A stretch of 64,000 nt of DNA. Origin: Eledone cirrhosa (lineage: Eukaryota). A program made the position numbers and the translations under genes. The notes beneath the pieces were generated by a model. It did not search any database. It had not been told where the DNA came from and was given only the letters and a program-made list of their open reading frames with translations. The stretch is from the NCBI GenBank assembly GCA_964016885.1, contig OZ024753.1:31806001-31870000 (forward strand), in the 5' to 3' direction. This document shows, piece by piece, positions 43,850 through 57,618 of the stretch (position 1 is its first letter; every line of letters begins with the position of its first letter).

Positions 43850-44196
43850 GTCCCAAGCCAGGATTCTTATCAAACCCGGGGACTCAAGTTTAGAAGCCCA
43901 GCAATCCCAAGGACTCATCAAACTGGGGGTTTCATCAAGCCCTGGGACTCATCAAATCCAGGGACTCATCAAGCCCAAGGACACATTAAGTCTGGGAACT
44001 CATCCAGGCCAGGGTGTCATTAAGCCTGGGAACTAATTAACGCCAGGGACTCCTCAAGGCTGAGGGAACATCGGGAGTCATCACCCTCAGGGACTCATTA
44101 AGCCTGGGGACAGATCAAGCTCAGGGCCTCATCAAAGCCAGGGTCACATCAAAGCCAGGGTCACATCAAAGCCAAGGATTCATCAAAGCCAGGGAC
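43850..44196. repeat. Degenerate ~17-18-bp minisatellite (catcaagcccagggact)
   Basis: Recurrent gggactcatcaa/agccaggg units. Confidence 0.75.
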
Positions 44197-44290
44197 CTAT
44201 CCCGGTTTCAATGGTGTTAAGTAACTAAGAGTACAAGATTAAGCTACTCTCCTTCACACAAGATTGTTGCTATATTATTTCTTTTACCAT

Positions 44291-44404
44291 GAGTTCAAAT
44301 CGCGCCGAGGTTAACTTTGCCTTTCATCCTTTCGGGGTCGGTAAAATAAAGTACCAGTAATACACTGGTTAATTGCTGGCCTTGTGCCAAATGTAGAAAC
44401 AATT
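44291..44404 (+). mobile_element. 5'-truncated SINE family 1 with 17-bp TSD
   Basis: attatttcttttaccat at 44274-44290 and 44402-44418. Confidence 0.85.
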
Positions 44405-44787
44405 ATTTCTTTTACCATATTATTACTTTTCTCACTGCCAAACCTTCATGTTATGAAGACAGAGACTCTCTTCATACATTTTAACTATAATAATATAAAT
44501 GTACAAGTTAGGTAGTAACATGTGCTTACGCTGTATTTGACTAAATAGAATTAGTCTGTTAGTTGGGATTTTTTAAAAATACCCTCTCAATGGAAAAAAG
44601 GCTGAGTATTGACCTACAGGGGATACAAACCCACATCTTTGGTTTGCCAGATCAATGTCTTACAGACTGCTTTGTGTCTCCCTATTTATGTATAAATGTT
44701 TTGACATTTTTACTGTGTTTGAAAGTTATAACTATAGATGACTGTCACTCGTTTTATCATATCATTCTTTTTCTCTCTCCACCCCAG

Positions 44788-44953
44788 GGTCTTGCCTATC
44801 TTCACAGCAGTGAAATCAAAAGCCATGGGAACTTGAAGAGTTCAAATTGTGTTGTCGACAGTCGGTTTGTTTTAAAGATTACAGATTTTGGTTTACATTC
44901 TCTAAGAGGAAACCCAGATCTGGAAGAAGAAAATACATTTGCTTACTATCACC
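44788..44953 (+). CDS. NPR1-like: Receptor guanylyl cyclase exon; pseudokinase subdomains VI-VII ([41 protein letters not shown]...)
   Basis: ccccAG acceptor, GTAAAT donor; 166 nt, phase 0/1; HGNLKSSNC and ITDFG motifs. Confidence 0.95.
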
Positions 44954-45038
44954 GTAAATACATTCTCTCAACTCTCTTCTCTCTCTCACACACTCTCTCT
45001 CTCTCTCTCTCTCACACACACTCTCTCTCTCTCACACA

Positions 45039-45083
<45 letters not shown>

Positions 45084-45261
45084 ACACTCTCTCTCTCTCT
45101 GTCTCTCTCACTCTCTCTCTGTCTCTCTCTGTCTCTCTCACACTCTCTCTCTGTCTCTCTCACACTCTCTCTCTCTCTCTCACACTCTCTCTCTTTCTCT
45201 CTCTCACACTCTCTCTCTCATTTGATTTCTCACATGTATGTATATATGTGAATAATTATAT

Positions 45262-45472
45262 GTGAGTGGCCAGCAATGAAATCATATCCGCTCTCTTGCT
45301 CTGGAACCCTGACTCCAGCCTGACTAGGAGTAGGAAGCTGTCATTCCCTGATGTTATCTCTAGGGATACAGGAATCAGTAGACAGGACCTGGGGGCAGCG
45401 ATGGGGGACAGGGAATTCTGGGGCATGAGAGTGAGATCCATCATCTCGACAGTAGTCGACGAATGATGATGA
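45262..45472 (+). mobile_element. RTE-like LINE 3' end with (TGA)n tail
   Basis: LLLWNP...DVISRDTG...AAMGDREFW, stop codon, then tgatgatgat. Confidence 0.65.
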
Positions 45473-45729
45473 TATGTGAGTGAAGAGGCGGAAGTATCTA
45501 TTACAATGTATATACACTATATGCATTGGTGGAGTGTGTATATATATATATATATGTGTGTATACAGGGTGTCCCTAAAACATATATACACACTTCAATA
45601 GCATTTTAATCAAAGTGTACAATACATTTTGGAGGGGACACCCTGTGTGTGTTTGTGTGTGTGTTTGTGTGTGTGTATGTATGCATCATGCTTATTATAA
45701 TATTTTATTTTGTATGTTTCTAATTTCAG

Positions 45730-45885
45730 GTAAACTGTGGACTCCGCCCGAATTACTTCGTCTCCATAATCCGCCCGAGGGCGGATCACAGAAAAGTGAC
45801 GTGTACAGCTTCTCTATTATGTGTCAGGAGATAATCTATCGGAACGGAGTCTTCTATCTGAATGGGGTAGATTTAAGTGCTCAAG
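45730..45885 (+). CDS. NPR1-like: Receptor guanylyl cyclase exon ([10 protein letters not shown]...[24 protein letters not shown])
   Basis: tttcAG acceptor, GTGAAC donor; 156 nt, phase 1/1; LWTxPELLR and DVYSF motifs. Confidence 0.95.
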
Positions 45886-46411
45886 GTGAACACATACACA
45901 TTTACATATCTCTCAAATGAGTTTCATTGCTGCTAATAAAATGCAGTAAATCTTTTTAAATTTTCCATTTTGATAGTTGTGGAATGGAAGTCTGTTAACC
46001 TTTTTATACCAACCCAGCCATAACCACCTCTGGTCTTATGAAGCAAAATCACCCATATTAAAGGGTACATATTTAAAATATAATCTTCCAACATAATGGT
46101 GTTGGCCCAGCATCACCTCAGCCTATCGGCTGTAAGGTATATTAGTAATATATTATTTTCATATAAGAAGCTTCTGTTAAAATACTATATTAGCAATGAA
46201 ATAATTGATTATTTTAGTAAATCCCTTTAAAATGATTCGTGAGTTAATTGAAATAGCTTGTATTTCATTAGAAATATGGTCATGAAAGGTTTAATCATGA
46301 AAATCTGTTGAAATGAAGGTAAACTTGAAGTAATTTCTATTGTTTTATTCACATTTGACAGTTAAAGAGTCTTGGCTGTAGTATCAATACATATATATTA
46401 CATGATGATGT

Positions 46412-48945
46412 GAGTGTGTTCATATATGTATATAGTGTGTGCATATAGGTATATAGTGTGTTCATATATATATATAGTGTGTTCATATATGTATATAGTG
46501 TGTTCATATATGTATATAGTGTGTTCATATATGTATATAGTGTGTTCATATATGTATATAGTGTGTTCATATATGTATATAGTGTGTGCATATATGTATA
46601 TAGTGTGTTCATATATGTATATAGTGTGTGCATATATGTATATAGTGTGTTCATATATGTATATAGTGTGTTCATATATATATATAGTGTGTTCATATAT
46701 GTATATAGTGTGTGCATATATGTATATAGTGTGTTCATATATGTATATAGTGTGGGCATATATGTATATAGTGTGTTCATATATATATAGTGTGGGCATA
46801 TATGTATATAGTGTGTTCATATATGTATATAGTGTGTTCATATATGTATATAGTGTGTTCATATATGTATATAGTGTGTTCATATATGTATATAGTGTGT
46901 TCATATATATATATAGTGTGTTCATATATGTATATAGTGTGTTCATATATATATATATAGTGTGTTCATATATATATATATAGTGTGTTCATATATGTAT
47001 ATAATTTGTTCATATATGTATATAGTGTGTTCATATATATATATAGTGTGTTCATATATATATATAGTGTGTTCATATATATAAATAGTGTGTTCATATA
47101 TATAGTTTGTTCATATATATATATAGTGTGTTCATATATGTATATAGTGTGTTCATATATATATATATAGTGTGTTCATATATGTATATATATATAGTGT
47201 GTTCATATATGTATATAATTTGTTCATATATGTATATAGTGTGTTCATATATATATATATAGTGTGTTCATATATGTATATAGTGTGTTCATATATATAT
47301 ATATATAGTGTGTTCATATATGTATATAGTGTGTTCATATATGTATATAGTGTGTTCATATATATATATAGTGCGTTCATATATATATATAGTGTGTTCA
47401 TATATATATATAGTGTGTTCATATATATATATAGTGTGTTCATATATATATATAGTGTGTTCATATATATATATAGTGTGTTCATATATATATATAGTGT
47501 GTTCATATATGTATATAGTGTGTTCATATATATATATAGTGTGTTCATATATGTATATAGTGTGTTCATATATATATATAGTGTGTTCATATATATATAT
47601 AGTGTGTTCATATATAGTGTGTGCATATATATATAGTGTGTGTTCATATATGTATATAGTGTGTTCATATATGTATATAGTGTGTGCATATATGTATATA
47701 GTGTGTTCATATATGTATATAGTGTGTTCATATATATATATAGTGTGTTCATATATGTATATAGTGTGTGCATATATATATAGTGTGTGTTCATATATGT
47801 ATATAGTGTGGGCATATATGTATATAGTGTGTGCATATATATAGTGTGTTCATATATATATATAGTGTGTTCATATATATATAGTGTGTTCATATATGTA
47901 TATAGTGTGTTCATATATGTATATAGTGTGGGCATATATGTATATAGTGTGGGCATATATGTATATAGTGTGTGCATATATATATATAGTGTGTTCATAT
48001 ATATATATATAGTGTATTCATATATGTATATAGTGTGTTCATATATGTATATAGTGTGGGCATATATGTATATAGTGTGTGCATATATATAGTGTGTTCA
48101 TATATATATATAGTGTGTTCATATATATATATATAGTGTGTTCATATATGTATATAGTGTGTTCATATATGTATATAGTGTGGGCATATATGTATATAGT
48201 GTGTGCATATATATAGTGTGTTCATATATATATATAGTGTGTTCATATATATATATATAGTGTGTTCATATATGTATATAGTGTGTTCATATATGTATAT
48301 AGTGTGGGCATATATGTATATAGTGTGTTCATATATATAGTGTGTGCATATATGTATATAGTGTGTTCATATATATATATATATAGTGTGTTCATATATG
48401 TATATAGTGTGTTCATATATGTATATAGTGTGTTCATATATATATATATATAGTGTGTTCATATATGTATATAGTGTGTTCATATATGTATATAGTGTGT
48501 GCATATATATATATAGTGTGTGCATATATGTATATAGTGTGTGCATATATGTATATAGTGTGGGCATATATGTATATAGTGTGTTCATATATATATATAG
48601 TGTGTTCATATATGTATATAGTGTGTTCATATATGTATATAGTGTGTTCATATATGTATATAGTGTGTTCATATATGTATATAGTGTGTGCACATGTATA
48701 TAAGTGGGTGCACATATGTATAGTGAGTGCACATATGTATATAGTGTGTGCACATATATATAAGTGGGTGCACATGTATATAAGTGGGTGCACATATGTA
48801 TATAGTGAGTGCACATATGTATATAGTGTGTGCACATGTATATAAGTGGGTGCACATATGTATAGTGAGTGCACATGTATATAAGTGTATATAGTGTGTG
48901 CACATGTATATAAGTGGGTGCACATGTATATAGTGAGTGCATATA
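46412..48945. repeat. 21-bp minisatellite (catatatgtatatagtgtgtt), shifting to gtgcac-containing variants at the right end
   Basis: Direct inspection; translates as MNTLYTY repeats. Confidence 0.95.
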
Positions 48946-49280
48946 TGTATGTAGATGGATGCACAGAAATACATACATACACACCCATGTACAGTCACAC
49001 ACACAACAGACAAGTTGCCAAAGTTTTATTGCATAGAATAAATAAGAATTCACGTATAATAAGAGTTATATCCCTTGTATCATGGATGTTGCGAGTGGAT
49101 TGTAAAGAATATTGTAAATCAGATGGAAGGATGGTAAAGCTTTTGAAAAAGAGTTATTAAATTATCATATTAAATAGTTAACTAGAAATAATTTAGTAAG
49201 ACAGACAGGCAACCTGCCCTAAACCAATTGTTTCTATGGAACAAAACCACTAATTCTAAATTAAAATTTCCGTATGTATA

Positions 49281-49602
49281 TAGGAAAATGTATGACTCCG
49301 ACGGTAGAGCTCAAGCCATTTCGACGGCTATTTCAGTCCAGTACCTGGTAAGGAACCAGATGGACCATAACGCACCAGAGTACTCAATACTTAGGGTAGT
49401 AGAGTGGGTAATAGGAAAATGTATGACCCCGACGGTAGAGCTCAAGCTGTTTCGACAGCTATTACTGGACTGAAATAGCCGTCGAAACGGCTTGAGCTCT
49501 GCCGTCGGGGTCATACATTTTCCTATTACTCACTCTACTACCCTAAGTATTGAGTATTCTGGTGCGTTATGGTCCATCTGGTTCCTTACCACAACTCCTT
49601 CG

Positions 49603-49605
<3 letters not shown>
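49281..49605. mobile_element. Family B pLTR three-arm rearranged module (short inverted, long inverted, long sense)
   Basis: Three copies of the gaccccgacgg.agagctcaagccgtttcgacggcta segment, two inverted and one sense. Confidence 0.75.
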
Positions 49606-49644
<39 letters not shown>

Positions 49645-50067
49645 TGTTATACTGTGTTGCCAATAAAAACACATGCACCTGTTAGTTTTCACTTCAATTT
49701 ATTATAAATTTCCGGTTGGTTGGTTCGTTGGTTTGATAATCAACAGTTGTATATATATATATCTAATGTGATATATATATCTAATGATATGTTTATGTAT
49801 CATCATCATCATCGATTAACATCCATCCTCCACACTAGCATGGGTTAGCCGGGTCCTATTTAGAGGCAAGTTGTGTCGGGTGACCGCGTATTGCTCATAT
49901 AGGGCTGTTTCTGGCTGGTTTTCTATGGCTGAATACCCTTCCTAACACCAACTACATTGACAGTGTATGTATATTACAATTGTATATATATATATCCTAA
50001 CAGTTCTATATATAACTACTGTGGTATGTATAATTAATGATATGTCTATGTATGTATATTACAACTA

Positions 50068-50341
50068 TATCACATGTGTGTATCATGACTCGTGCACTGT
50101 TCATTTTACTGATGTTTGTGCATTGCCCTATGTACTGTACATGCACTTTTTGATGAGTTGTGGTGCACCTGGGCACTGTACACAATATTTCATTATTATT
50201 ATTATTATTATATCATGACTCATACACTGTTCATTTTCCTGACATTTGTACATTATTCTATGTACTATACATGCACCTTTGATGAGTTGTAGTGCACCTG
50301 AGCACTGTACACAATAATTTCATTATTATTATTATTATTAT
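50068..50341 (+). mobile_element. Two tandem copies of the CR1-like 3' UTR with (ATT)n tails
   Basis: tatcatgactc...gcactgtacacaat..ttcattattatt occurs twice and matches 38427-38552. Confidence 0.8.
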
Positions 50342-50459
50342 TTATATCCTAACAGTTGTATATATAACTACTGTGATATGTATATTTAATGATATGTTAT
50401 TGTATGTTTAATATTACAATTGTATATATATTAACCACTGTGATATATCTTTTTTTCAG

Positions 50460-50631
50460 AAATTTATCAGAAAGTGAAAGATGGATTGAAACCAACATTC
50501 CGACCAACGCTGGACTATTCTGAATGTCCATCTGAGGATCTAGTCAACTTGATAAAGAAATGCTGGTCTGAAGATCCAAATGAAAGACCAGACATGCACT
50601 TCATCAAACAAGCAATCAAGAAAATGAATAA
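50460..50631 (+). CDS. NPR1-like: Receptor guanylyl cyclase exon, end of kinase-homology domain (EIYQKVKDGLKPTFRPTL...KKCWSEDPNERPDMHFIKQAIKKMN)
   Basis: ttttttcAG acceptor, GTAAGT donor; 172 nt, phase 1/2; FRP and CWxEDPxERP motifs; not listed in the ORF track. Confidence 0.95.
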
Positions 50632-50724
50632 GTAAGTCTTATGATAATTCATGTTTTATGGAGTCAATATGGAGTAGAGGACACATTTAGGTCTTACCAA
50701 GTACAAGACAATATCTCTAGTAAT

Positions 50725-50952
50725 GGTGCCATGCTAAAATGCATCAAGTACACTCTGTAAAGTGGTAGTGCTGATGCCATGATAAAATTCACCAGTTACA
50801 CTCTGTAAAGATATACTGTAGTGCTGATGTTATGATAAAATACATCAATGATACTCTGTAAAGTGGTAGTGCTGATGCCATGATAAAATAAATCAAGTAC
50901 ACTCTATAACATAATAGAGCTGATGTTGTGAAAAATACACTCTGTAAAGTGC
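50725..50952. repeat. ~50-bp degenerate tandem repeat (actctgtaaagtggtagtgctgatgccatgataaaat)
   Basis: About four copies. Confidence 0.7.
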
Positions 50953-51019
50953 TTGGCAAACAAGTGGAGGCCATATATGAGAGAGAAAGAGAGAGGGAGG
51001 GAGGCAACACCTTAACAGA

Positions 51020-51208
51020 TAATTGTTTCTACTTTAGGCACAAGGCCAGCAATTACCCAGTGCATTACTGGTACTTTATTTTATCGACCCCGTAAGGATG
51101 AAAGGCAAAGTTAACCTCGGCGGGATTTGAACTCAGATCGTAAAGGGACGTAACTATGCTGGAAAGCATGGCGTCCGACCCTCTACCGATACTGCCAATC
51201 CACCGCCC
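51020..51208 (-). mobile_element. SINE family 1, full length
   Basis: Matches family consensus from the GGCGGTGGATTGGCAGTATCGG head to the tail. Confidence 0.9.
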
Positions 51209-51372
51209 TTTCTTGTATGAAATAATGAATCAATGAACGATTGCCTTATATTATGTCCCATTAAACTTATAAAATGTTTTTGATAAATTTGTAGTGATCG
51301 TGTGACAGACGGAGAAAAAAAGCTGAACAGTTATTATAATCTATATGTATTTCATTTTATTTCTCCTTACAG

Positions 51373-51522
51373 AGATGGGGACAAGGGAAATCTCCTGGAT
51401 AACCTTTTGTCTCGTATGGAACAATATGCCAATAATTTAGAGGCATTGGTTGAAGAGAGAACTGGGGATTTTCTTGAACAAAAGAAACGAGCCGAAGACC
51501 TTCTTTACAGCATGTTACCAAA
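51373..51522 (+). CDS. NPR1-like: Receptor guanylyl cyclase exon, coiled-coil hinge ([25 protein letters not shown]...LLYSMLP)
   Basis: ttacAG acceptor, GTAAGT donor; 150 nt, phase 2/2; hallmark [17 protein letters not shown]. Confidence 0.97.
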
Positions 51523-52979
51523 GTAAGTAACTTTTGTTTAACTGGTGGGAGTGTAACTAGGTGAGGTGGCAGAAGGAGGTTAAATGGAGCCTGTTTTTTT
51601 TTTTGTATTTTTTTTCTGTTTTTCCACATTGGTGTAGTACGTGGGGTATATAGTAAGTGTTGTGTTGTTATGGGCTTTTTTTGTAGCTAGTGAACATAGG
51701 GGACAGTGAATAATGTTTGACACAGAGAATAGGGGAGATTGTTCAGATATTTCTGGAAGACACAGAAGGACAGCACGCCAGGTTTTGGGAACAAACAGAG
51801 AAAAAGGAAATAGACAAAGTATTTCTGGAAGGAGAGGAGGCTAGACCAAATATTTCTGGAATGGGCAGAGAGAGACAGATAGAGATGGGTGAGATAGACA
51901 AGGAGACAAGGTATTTAAGAGAGGGCAGTAGACCAGGTATTTCTAAAAGACTAACACAGAGGGGGCCAGGCTAGGCTAGGCTAAGTGTTTCTGGGCGAGA
52001 CAAAATGAGAGAGCCATGTGTATCTGGTTTAAAATAAGTATACTGGATCCTGTATCCCTGTATGTTGTAAGGGTTAAATAAAAGAACTGGCACCAAGAAG
52101 GGCATTTGGCTGTAAAACACTACTTCAAAAGGACCCCATGATGAGTATGAAATTTATAGACAGCCCGCAAAGTTAAGCCCTGCTTTTTGTGGGGGCTGGG
52201 GGATAAAGAGAGAGGGAGAGAGAGAGACTAGATATTTATTGAAAAGAAATAATAATAATAATGGTTTCTGATTTAAGCACAGGGCCAGCAATTTTGGGGG
52301 AAGAGAAAGTCGATTAAATTGACCCCAGTGTGTGACTAGAACTTTATTTTTCTGCGGGATTTGAACTCAGTGGGCCATAACTCTATGCTATGAAGCATGG
52401 TGTCCGATGCTTTACCAATACTGCCAAAATAATAATAAATACCATCAGTTATCTATGGAAGTGAGAAAAATGTGTCATAACAAACCATCACCCACCCCAG
52501 GCCTCTGGTAGTGACCAGGTGGGATGTATGTGAATGTAGAGATATCCTAGGAGAATAATATTGTAGAAGTAGTATTATTAGTGGTGGTGGTGGTGGTATT
52601 AGAAAGAAAATCTTTATATTTTTCTTAACTTCTATTTGAGAAATACTCTGTCAAGATGTTTTCAATAACTTGTGATTTTGGTTGGTTCTTGTTTGTTTCA
52701 TTCTAAAGCTGATGTGAAGATGACACTTGAGATGATGGTTGGTGATATTGATATACAGAGATTTCTTTACCATATTTCTTTCAAGTGTGTAACATCTTCT
52801 AGATATGTATCTAGAGAATTGTATGGTTTAAATGTATTGAGCTGTAAGAGGAAGAAGAAAAAACAAGTTATCTCGCCATAGAATCTGGATAGTGTATGAT
52901 GTATGAGTTGTGTGTCTACTATATATATATATATATCTATATCTATATACATCTGTGTGCATATATATATATATATATC

Positions 52980-53319
52980 ATCATCCTCATTTCATTTTAC
53001 GTCCGCTTTTTCCCTGCTTGCAAGGGTGGGACGGGAACTGATTCTGGCTTGATTTCTACAGCTGGATGCCCTTCCTAACACCAACCTCATTTACAGTGGG
53101 TGCTGGGTGCTTTTTTTGCCGTGGCACCTCCACGACCACTTTGCAGTGGAATGATATAGACCCCAGTCCCTATCTTCTCATTTCTACAGCTGAGTAAACT
53201 GGAGCAATGTGAAATAAAGTGTCTTGCTCAAGGAAACAACACATCACTCGGTGTGAGAATTGAACTCACAACCTTTCGATTGCAAGGCCAATGCTCTAAC
53301 CACTAAGCCATGTGCCTCC
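52980..53319 (-). mobile_element. tRNA-derived SINE family 2, full length
   Basis: Reverse complement of 61490-61832. Confidence 0.85.
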
Positions 53320-53549
53320 ATATATATATATATATATCATCATCATTTAACGTCAATTTTTCCACGCTAGCATGAGTTAGATAAGATGACTGTCTTGCTC
53401 ATACATATATATATATATATATACAGACACACACACACACGATGGACCTCGTAACAGCATTGAGTGCTTCGAACTGTGTGTCACCTGTAACTGTAGCTAC
53501 ACACCTAACTAACATATATACACATAGATACATATATATATATATATAT

Positions 53550-53711
53550 ATAACGAAGGAATTGTGGTAAGGAACCAGATGGACCATAACGCACCAAAGT
53601 ACTCAATACTTAGGGTAGTAGAGTGGGTAATAGGAACAAGTATGACCCTGGCGTCCAGAAATAGCTGGCGAAACGGCTTGAGCTCTGCCGTCGGGGTCAT
53701 ACTTGTTCCTA
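53550..53711. mobile_element. Family B pLTR module (inverted tail plus sense short arm)
   Basis: Matches 18174-18255 in inverted orientation and 18117-18175 in sense; (TA)n flanks. Confidence 0.75.
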
Positions 53712-53934
53712 TATATATATATATATATATACATTTAAAAAAAAAAAAGCACCCACCACTCACTGTAAATGAGGTTGGTGTTAGGAAGGGCATCCAGCTG
53801 TAGAAATCAAGCCAGAATCAGTTCCCATATGAGCAAGACAAGGTCAGCCAACTGGACACTGCCCACAACAGGACAACCCGTCAAACCCATGCTAGCGTGG
53901 AAGAACGGACATAAAACGGTGATGATCATGATGA

Positions 53935-54200
53935 TTTTAATGTGCAAGAATGACAAAGTATTGATGAACTGAGGAAAAAACTGGGTATGAGGGGAATCAT
54001 AAGTAGTGTGCAGGAGAGGAAACTGCATTGATATGGACATGTGATGTACCCATGGATGATAATCACTGGGTGAAGAAGTACCAAGTAATCCTAGTGGAAG
54101 GAAGCCACAGTAGAGAAAGACCAAGGAAGAAGTGGTGAACACTGATCTCAGATTGCTAAAGCTCACGAATGAGAAGACAAAGGAACATGACAAGTAGACA
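53935..54200 (+). mobile_element. Degenerate RTE-like LINE C-terminal fragment
   Basis: Disrupted KLGMRGI..VQERKLH.YGHVM...RPRKKW-like peptides. Confidence 0.45.
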
Positions 54201-54454
54201 GATACTGTACTAAGACAGACCCAACCAAACAATGAAAGCATGGAACAACAGACATAAAATAGGAGGATCTTGATACATATACTCAGATAAACTCATCTAT
54301 TTAAAGACAAACATACACACAATATTTCACTTCACTCTTTCAAACTGTTCAAAAATAGTTGTCTAGATACATACATATCTCTACAGCAGCCATATATAAC
54401 TGAACAATTACAAACATCTGTGTGTATGTGTGCATGTATGTGCTTGCATGTATG

Positions 54455-56490
54455 TGTGTTTATCTCCACACATGTGTGTTTATCTCCACACTTATTTATC
54501 TCCACACATATTTATCTCCACACATATTTATCTCCACACATGTGTGTTTATCTCCACACATGTGTGTTTATCTCCACACATGTTTATCTCCACACATATT
54601 TATCTCCACACATGTGTGTTTATCTCCACACATATTTATCTCCACACATGTGTGTTTATCTCCACACATGTTTATCTCCACACATATTTATCTCCACACA
54701 TGTGTGTTTATCTCCACACATGTGTGTTTATCTCCACACATGTGTGTTTATCTCCACACATGTTTATCTCCACACATATTTATCTCCACACATGTGTGTT
54801 TATCTCCACACATGTTTATCTCCACACATATTTATCTCCACACACGCGTGTTTATCTCCACACATGTTTATCTCCACACATATTTATCTCCACACATATT
54901 TATCTCCACACATGTGTGTTTATCTCCACACATATTTATCTCCACACATGTGTGTTTATCTCCACACATGTTTATCTCCACACATATTTATCCCCACACA
55001 TGTGTGTTTATCTCCACACATGTTTATCTCCACACATATTTATCTCCACACATGTGTGTTTATCTCCACACATGTTTATCTCCACACATATTTATCTCCA
55101 CACACGCGTGTTTATCTCCACACATGTTTATCTCCACACATATTTATCTCCACACATATTTATCTCCACACATGTGTGTTTATCTCCACACATATTTATC
55201 TCCACACATGTGTGTTTATCTCCACACATGTTTATCTCCACACATATTTATCCCCACACATGTGTGTTTATCTCCACACATGTTTATCTCCACACATATT
55301 TATCTCCACACATGTTTATCTCCACACATGTTTATCTCCACACATGTTTATCTCCACACATGTTTATCTCCACACATATTTATCTCCACACATGTGTATT
55401 TATCTCCACACATGTTTATCTCCACACATGTGTGTTTATCTCCACACATGTTTATCTCCACACATGCGTGTTTATCTCCACACATGTGTATCTCCACACA
55501 TATTTATCTCCACACATATTTATCTCCACACATGTGTGTTTATCTCCACACATGTTTATCTCCACACATATTTATCTCCACACATGTGTGTTTATCTCCA
55601 CACATGTTTATCTCCACACATATTTATCTCCACACATGTGTGTTTATCTCCACACATGTGTGTTTATCTCCACACATGTTTATCTCCACACATATTTATC
55701 TCCACACATGTGTGTTTATCTCCACACATGTTTATCTCCACACATATTTATCTCCACACACGCGTGTTTATCTCCACACATGTTTATCTCCACACATATT
55801 TATCTCCACACATATTTATCTCCACACATGTGTGTTTATCTCCACACATATTTATCTCCACACATATTTATCTCCACACATATTTATCCCCACACATGTG
55901 TGTTTATCTCCACACATGTTTATCTCCACACATATTTATCTCCACACATATTTATCTCCACACATGTTTATCTCCACACATGTTTATCTCCACACATGTT
56001 TATCTCCACACATGTTTATCTCCACACATATTTATCTCCACACATGTGTATTTATCTCCACACATGTTTATCTCCACACATGTGTGTTTATCTCCACACA
56101 TGTTTATCTCCACACATGTGTGTTTATCTCCACACATGTTTATCTCCACACATGTTTATCTCCGCACATATTTATCTCCACACATGTGTGTTTATCTCCA
56201 CACATGTTTATCTCCACACATATTTATCTCTCCACACATGTGTGTTTATCTCCACACATGTGTGTTTATCTCCACACATGTTTATCTTCACACATGTGTG
56301 TTTATCTCCACACATGTTTATCTCCACACATATTTATCTCCACACATGTGTGTTTATCTCCACACATGTTTATCTCCACACATGTTTATCTCCACACATG
56401 TGTGTTTATCTCCACACATGTTTATCTCCACACATATTTATCTCCACACATGTGTGTTTATCTCCACACATGTGTGTTTATCTCCACACA
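54455..56490. repeat. 16/20-bp minisatellite (tttatctccacacat[a/g/gtgtg])
   Basis: Three unit variants interspersed over ~2 kb. Confidence 0.95.
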
Positions 56491-56543
56491 TCTCTGTGAT
56501 TCCCATCTCTTAACTTTCATCTCTTCTTTTCTTCTATTTCAAG

Positions 56544-56667
56544 GTCTGTTGCTGGAGCATTAATTCGAGGTGAAACCATTAGAGCAGAAGAATTTGAAAG
56601 TGTCACCCTTTTCTTCAGTGATATTTGTGGTTTTACCGCTATGTCTGCAGAAAGTACTCCGCATCAA
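56544..56667 (+). CDS. NPR1-like: Guanylyl cyclase domain exon ([41 protein letters not shown])
   Basis: tttcaAG acceptor, GTAAGA donor; 124 nt, phase 2/0; FSDIxGFT with metal-binding Asp. Confidence 0.96.
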
Positions 56668-56829
56668 GTAAGAATACCATTTTAACTATTACGCAAAATA
56701 AACACATTCTTAGGGCATCATGAGTAGAGGGCTACATTGGAGATTTTCCTCATCATCTTTGTTTTTAACATTGGGTTGTTTCCTACATGTGGGACACAAT
56801 AATAAACAGATCATCTATTTATCTATCTA

Positions 56830-57282
56830 TCAGGATGGAGAGAGAGGTGCTGTACCCCAGCAAGTTTTATGAAAGGTGGGTGAAAGTGGCGAGAATGGCC
56901 CGAGTGAATGGGCCTTCTCTCTATATCAGCCTGTAGGTGGAGGAAAAGGAGGAGGAGAGGAAAGGAGTACAAACTCTTCGTACTCCTGGAGATGAGGGTT
57001 GCACATTTTTTTTCGGGGGTATGTGTTACCCATATAAACTGTCTCCCTCTATTGGGGAAAATCGACTAACTTTTTAAATTCCATTTGTGATAACTTTTTA
57101 CACGTTTTTATTGTATGTAAACTTCCCCCTTTGTATTTGTCCCTTTCTTTTGTGCCCCTGTGGCTAATAAAGAAATATATCTATCTATCACTTATCTACT
57201 AACTATCTCTCAATTATCTATCCATCTATGTCCCCTTCTTTTGTGCCCCTGTGGCTAATAAAGAAACATATCTATCTATCTT
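56830..57282 (+). mobile_element. Probable Tx1/L1-like LINE 3' end with AATAAA and (TATC)n tail, terminus duplicated; related end at 1-115
   Basis: tgtaaact.cccc..ttgta.ttgtccc...aataaa.gaaa..tatctatct is shared with 27-113; short REVL..F..RWV.VARMARV peptide; clade assignment is from recollection. Confidence 0.4.
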
Positions 57283-57348
57283 TTTGTCTGTGTAAGTATG
57301 TATCTATTTTTCTATGCTGCTAATTTTCTCTATATGTATACATGTGAG

Positions 57349-57388
<40 letters not shown>

Positions 57389-57424
57389 TCACATATATAC
57401 ATAGAGAGGGTGTTAGCTACATAG

Positions 57425-57484
<60 letters not shown>

Positions 57485-57549
57485 TTATGAATTATGTATT
57501 TATATGTAGGTGTCTCTAATTCTCACTCTACTTTGCTTATTTCCTCTAG

Positions 57550-57618
57550 GTTGTGGCTCTCCTAAATGATTTATATACAATGTTTGATTCAACAATTGAA
57601 CAGTTTGATGTCTATAAG
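57550..57618 (+). CDS. NPR1-like: Guanylyl cyclase domain exon (VVALLNDLYTMFDSTIEQFDVYK)
   Basis: cctctAG acceptor, GTATGT donor; 69 nt, phase 0/0. Confidence 0.96.

Noticed and set aside
44563-45225. 220-aa ORF taken as a whole gene
   Set aside because: Only 44788-44953 is exon; the remainder is intron read-through into (CT)n
54420-56563. Three 689-713-aa ORFs; superficially CRISPR-like array
   Set aside because: Stop-free minisatellite open in all three frames; no unique spacers, no cas genes, eukaryotic intron
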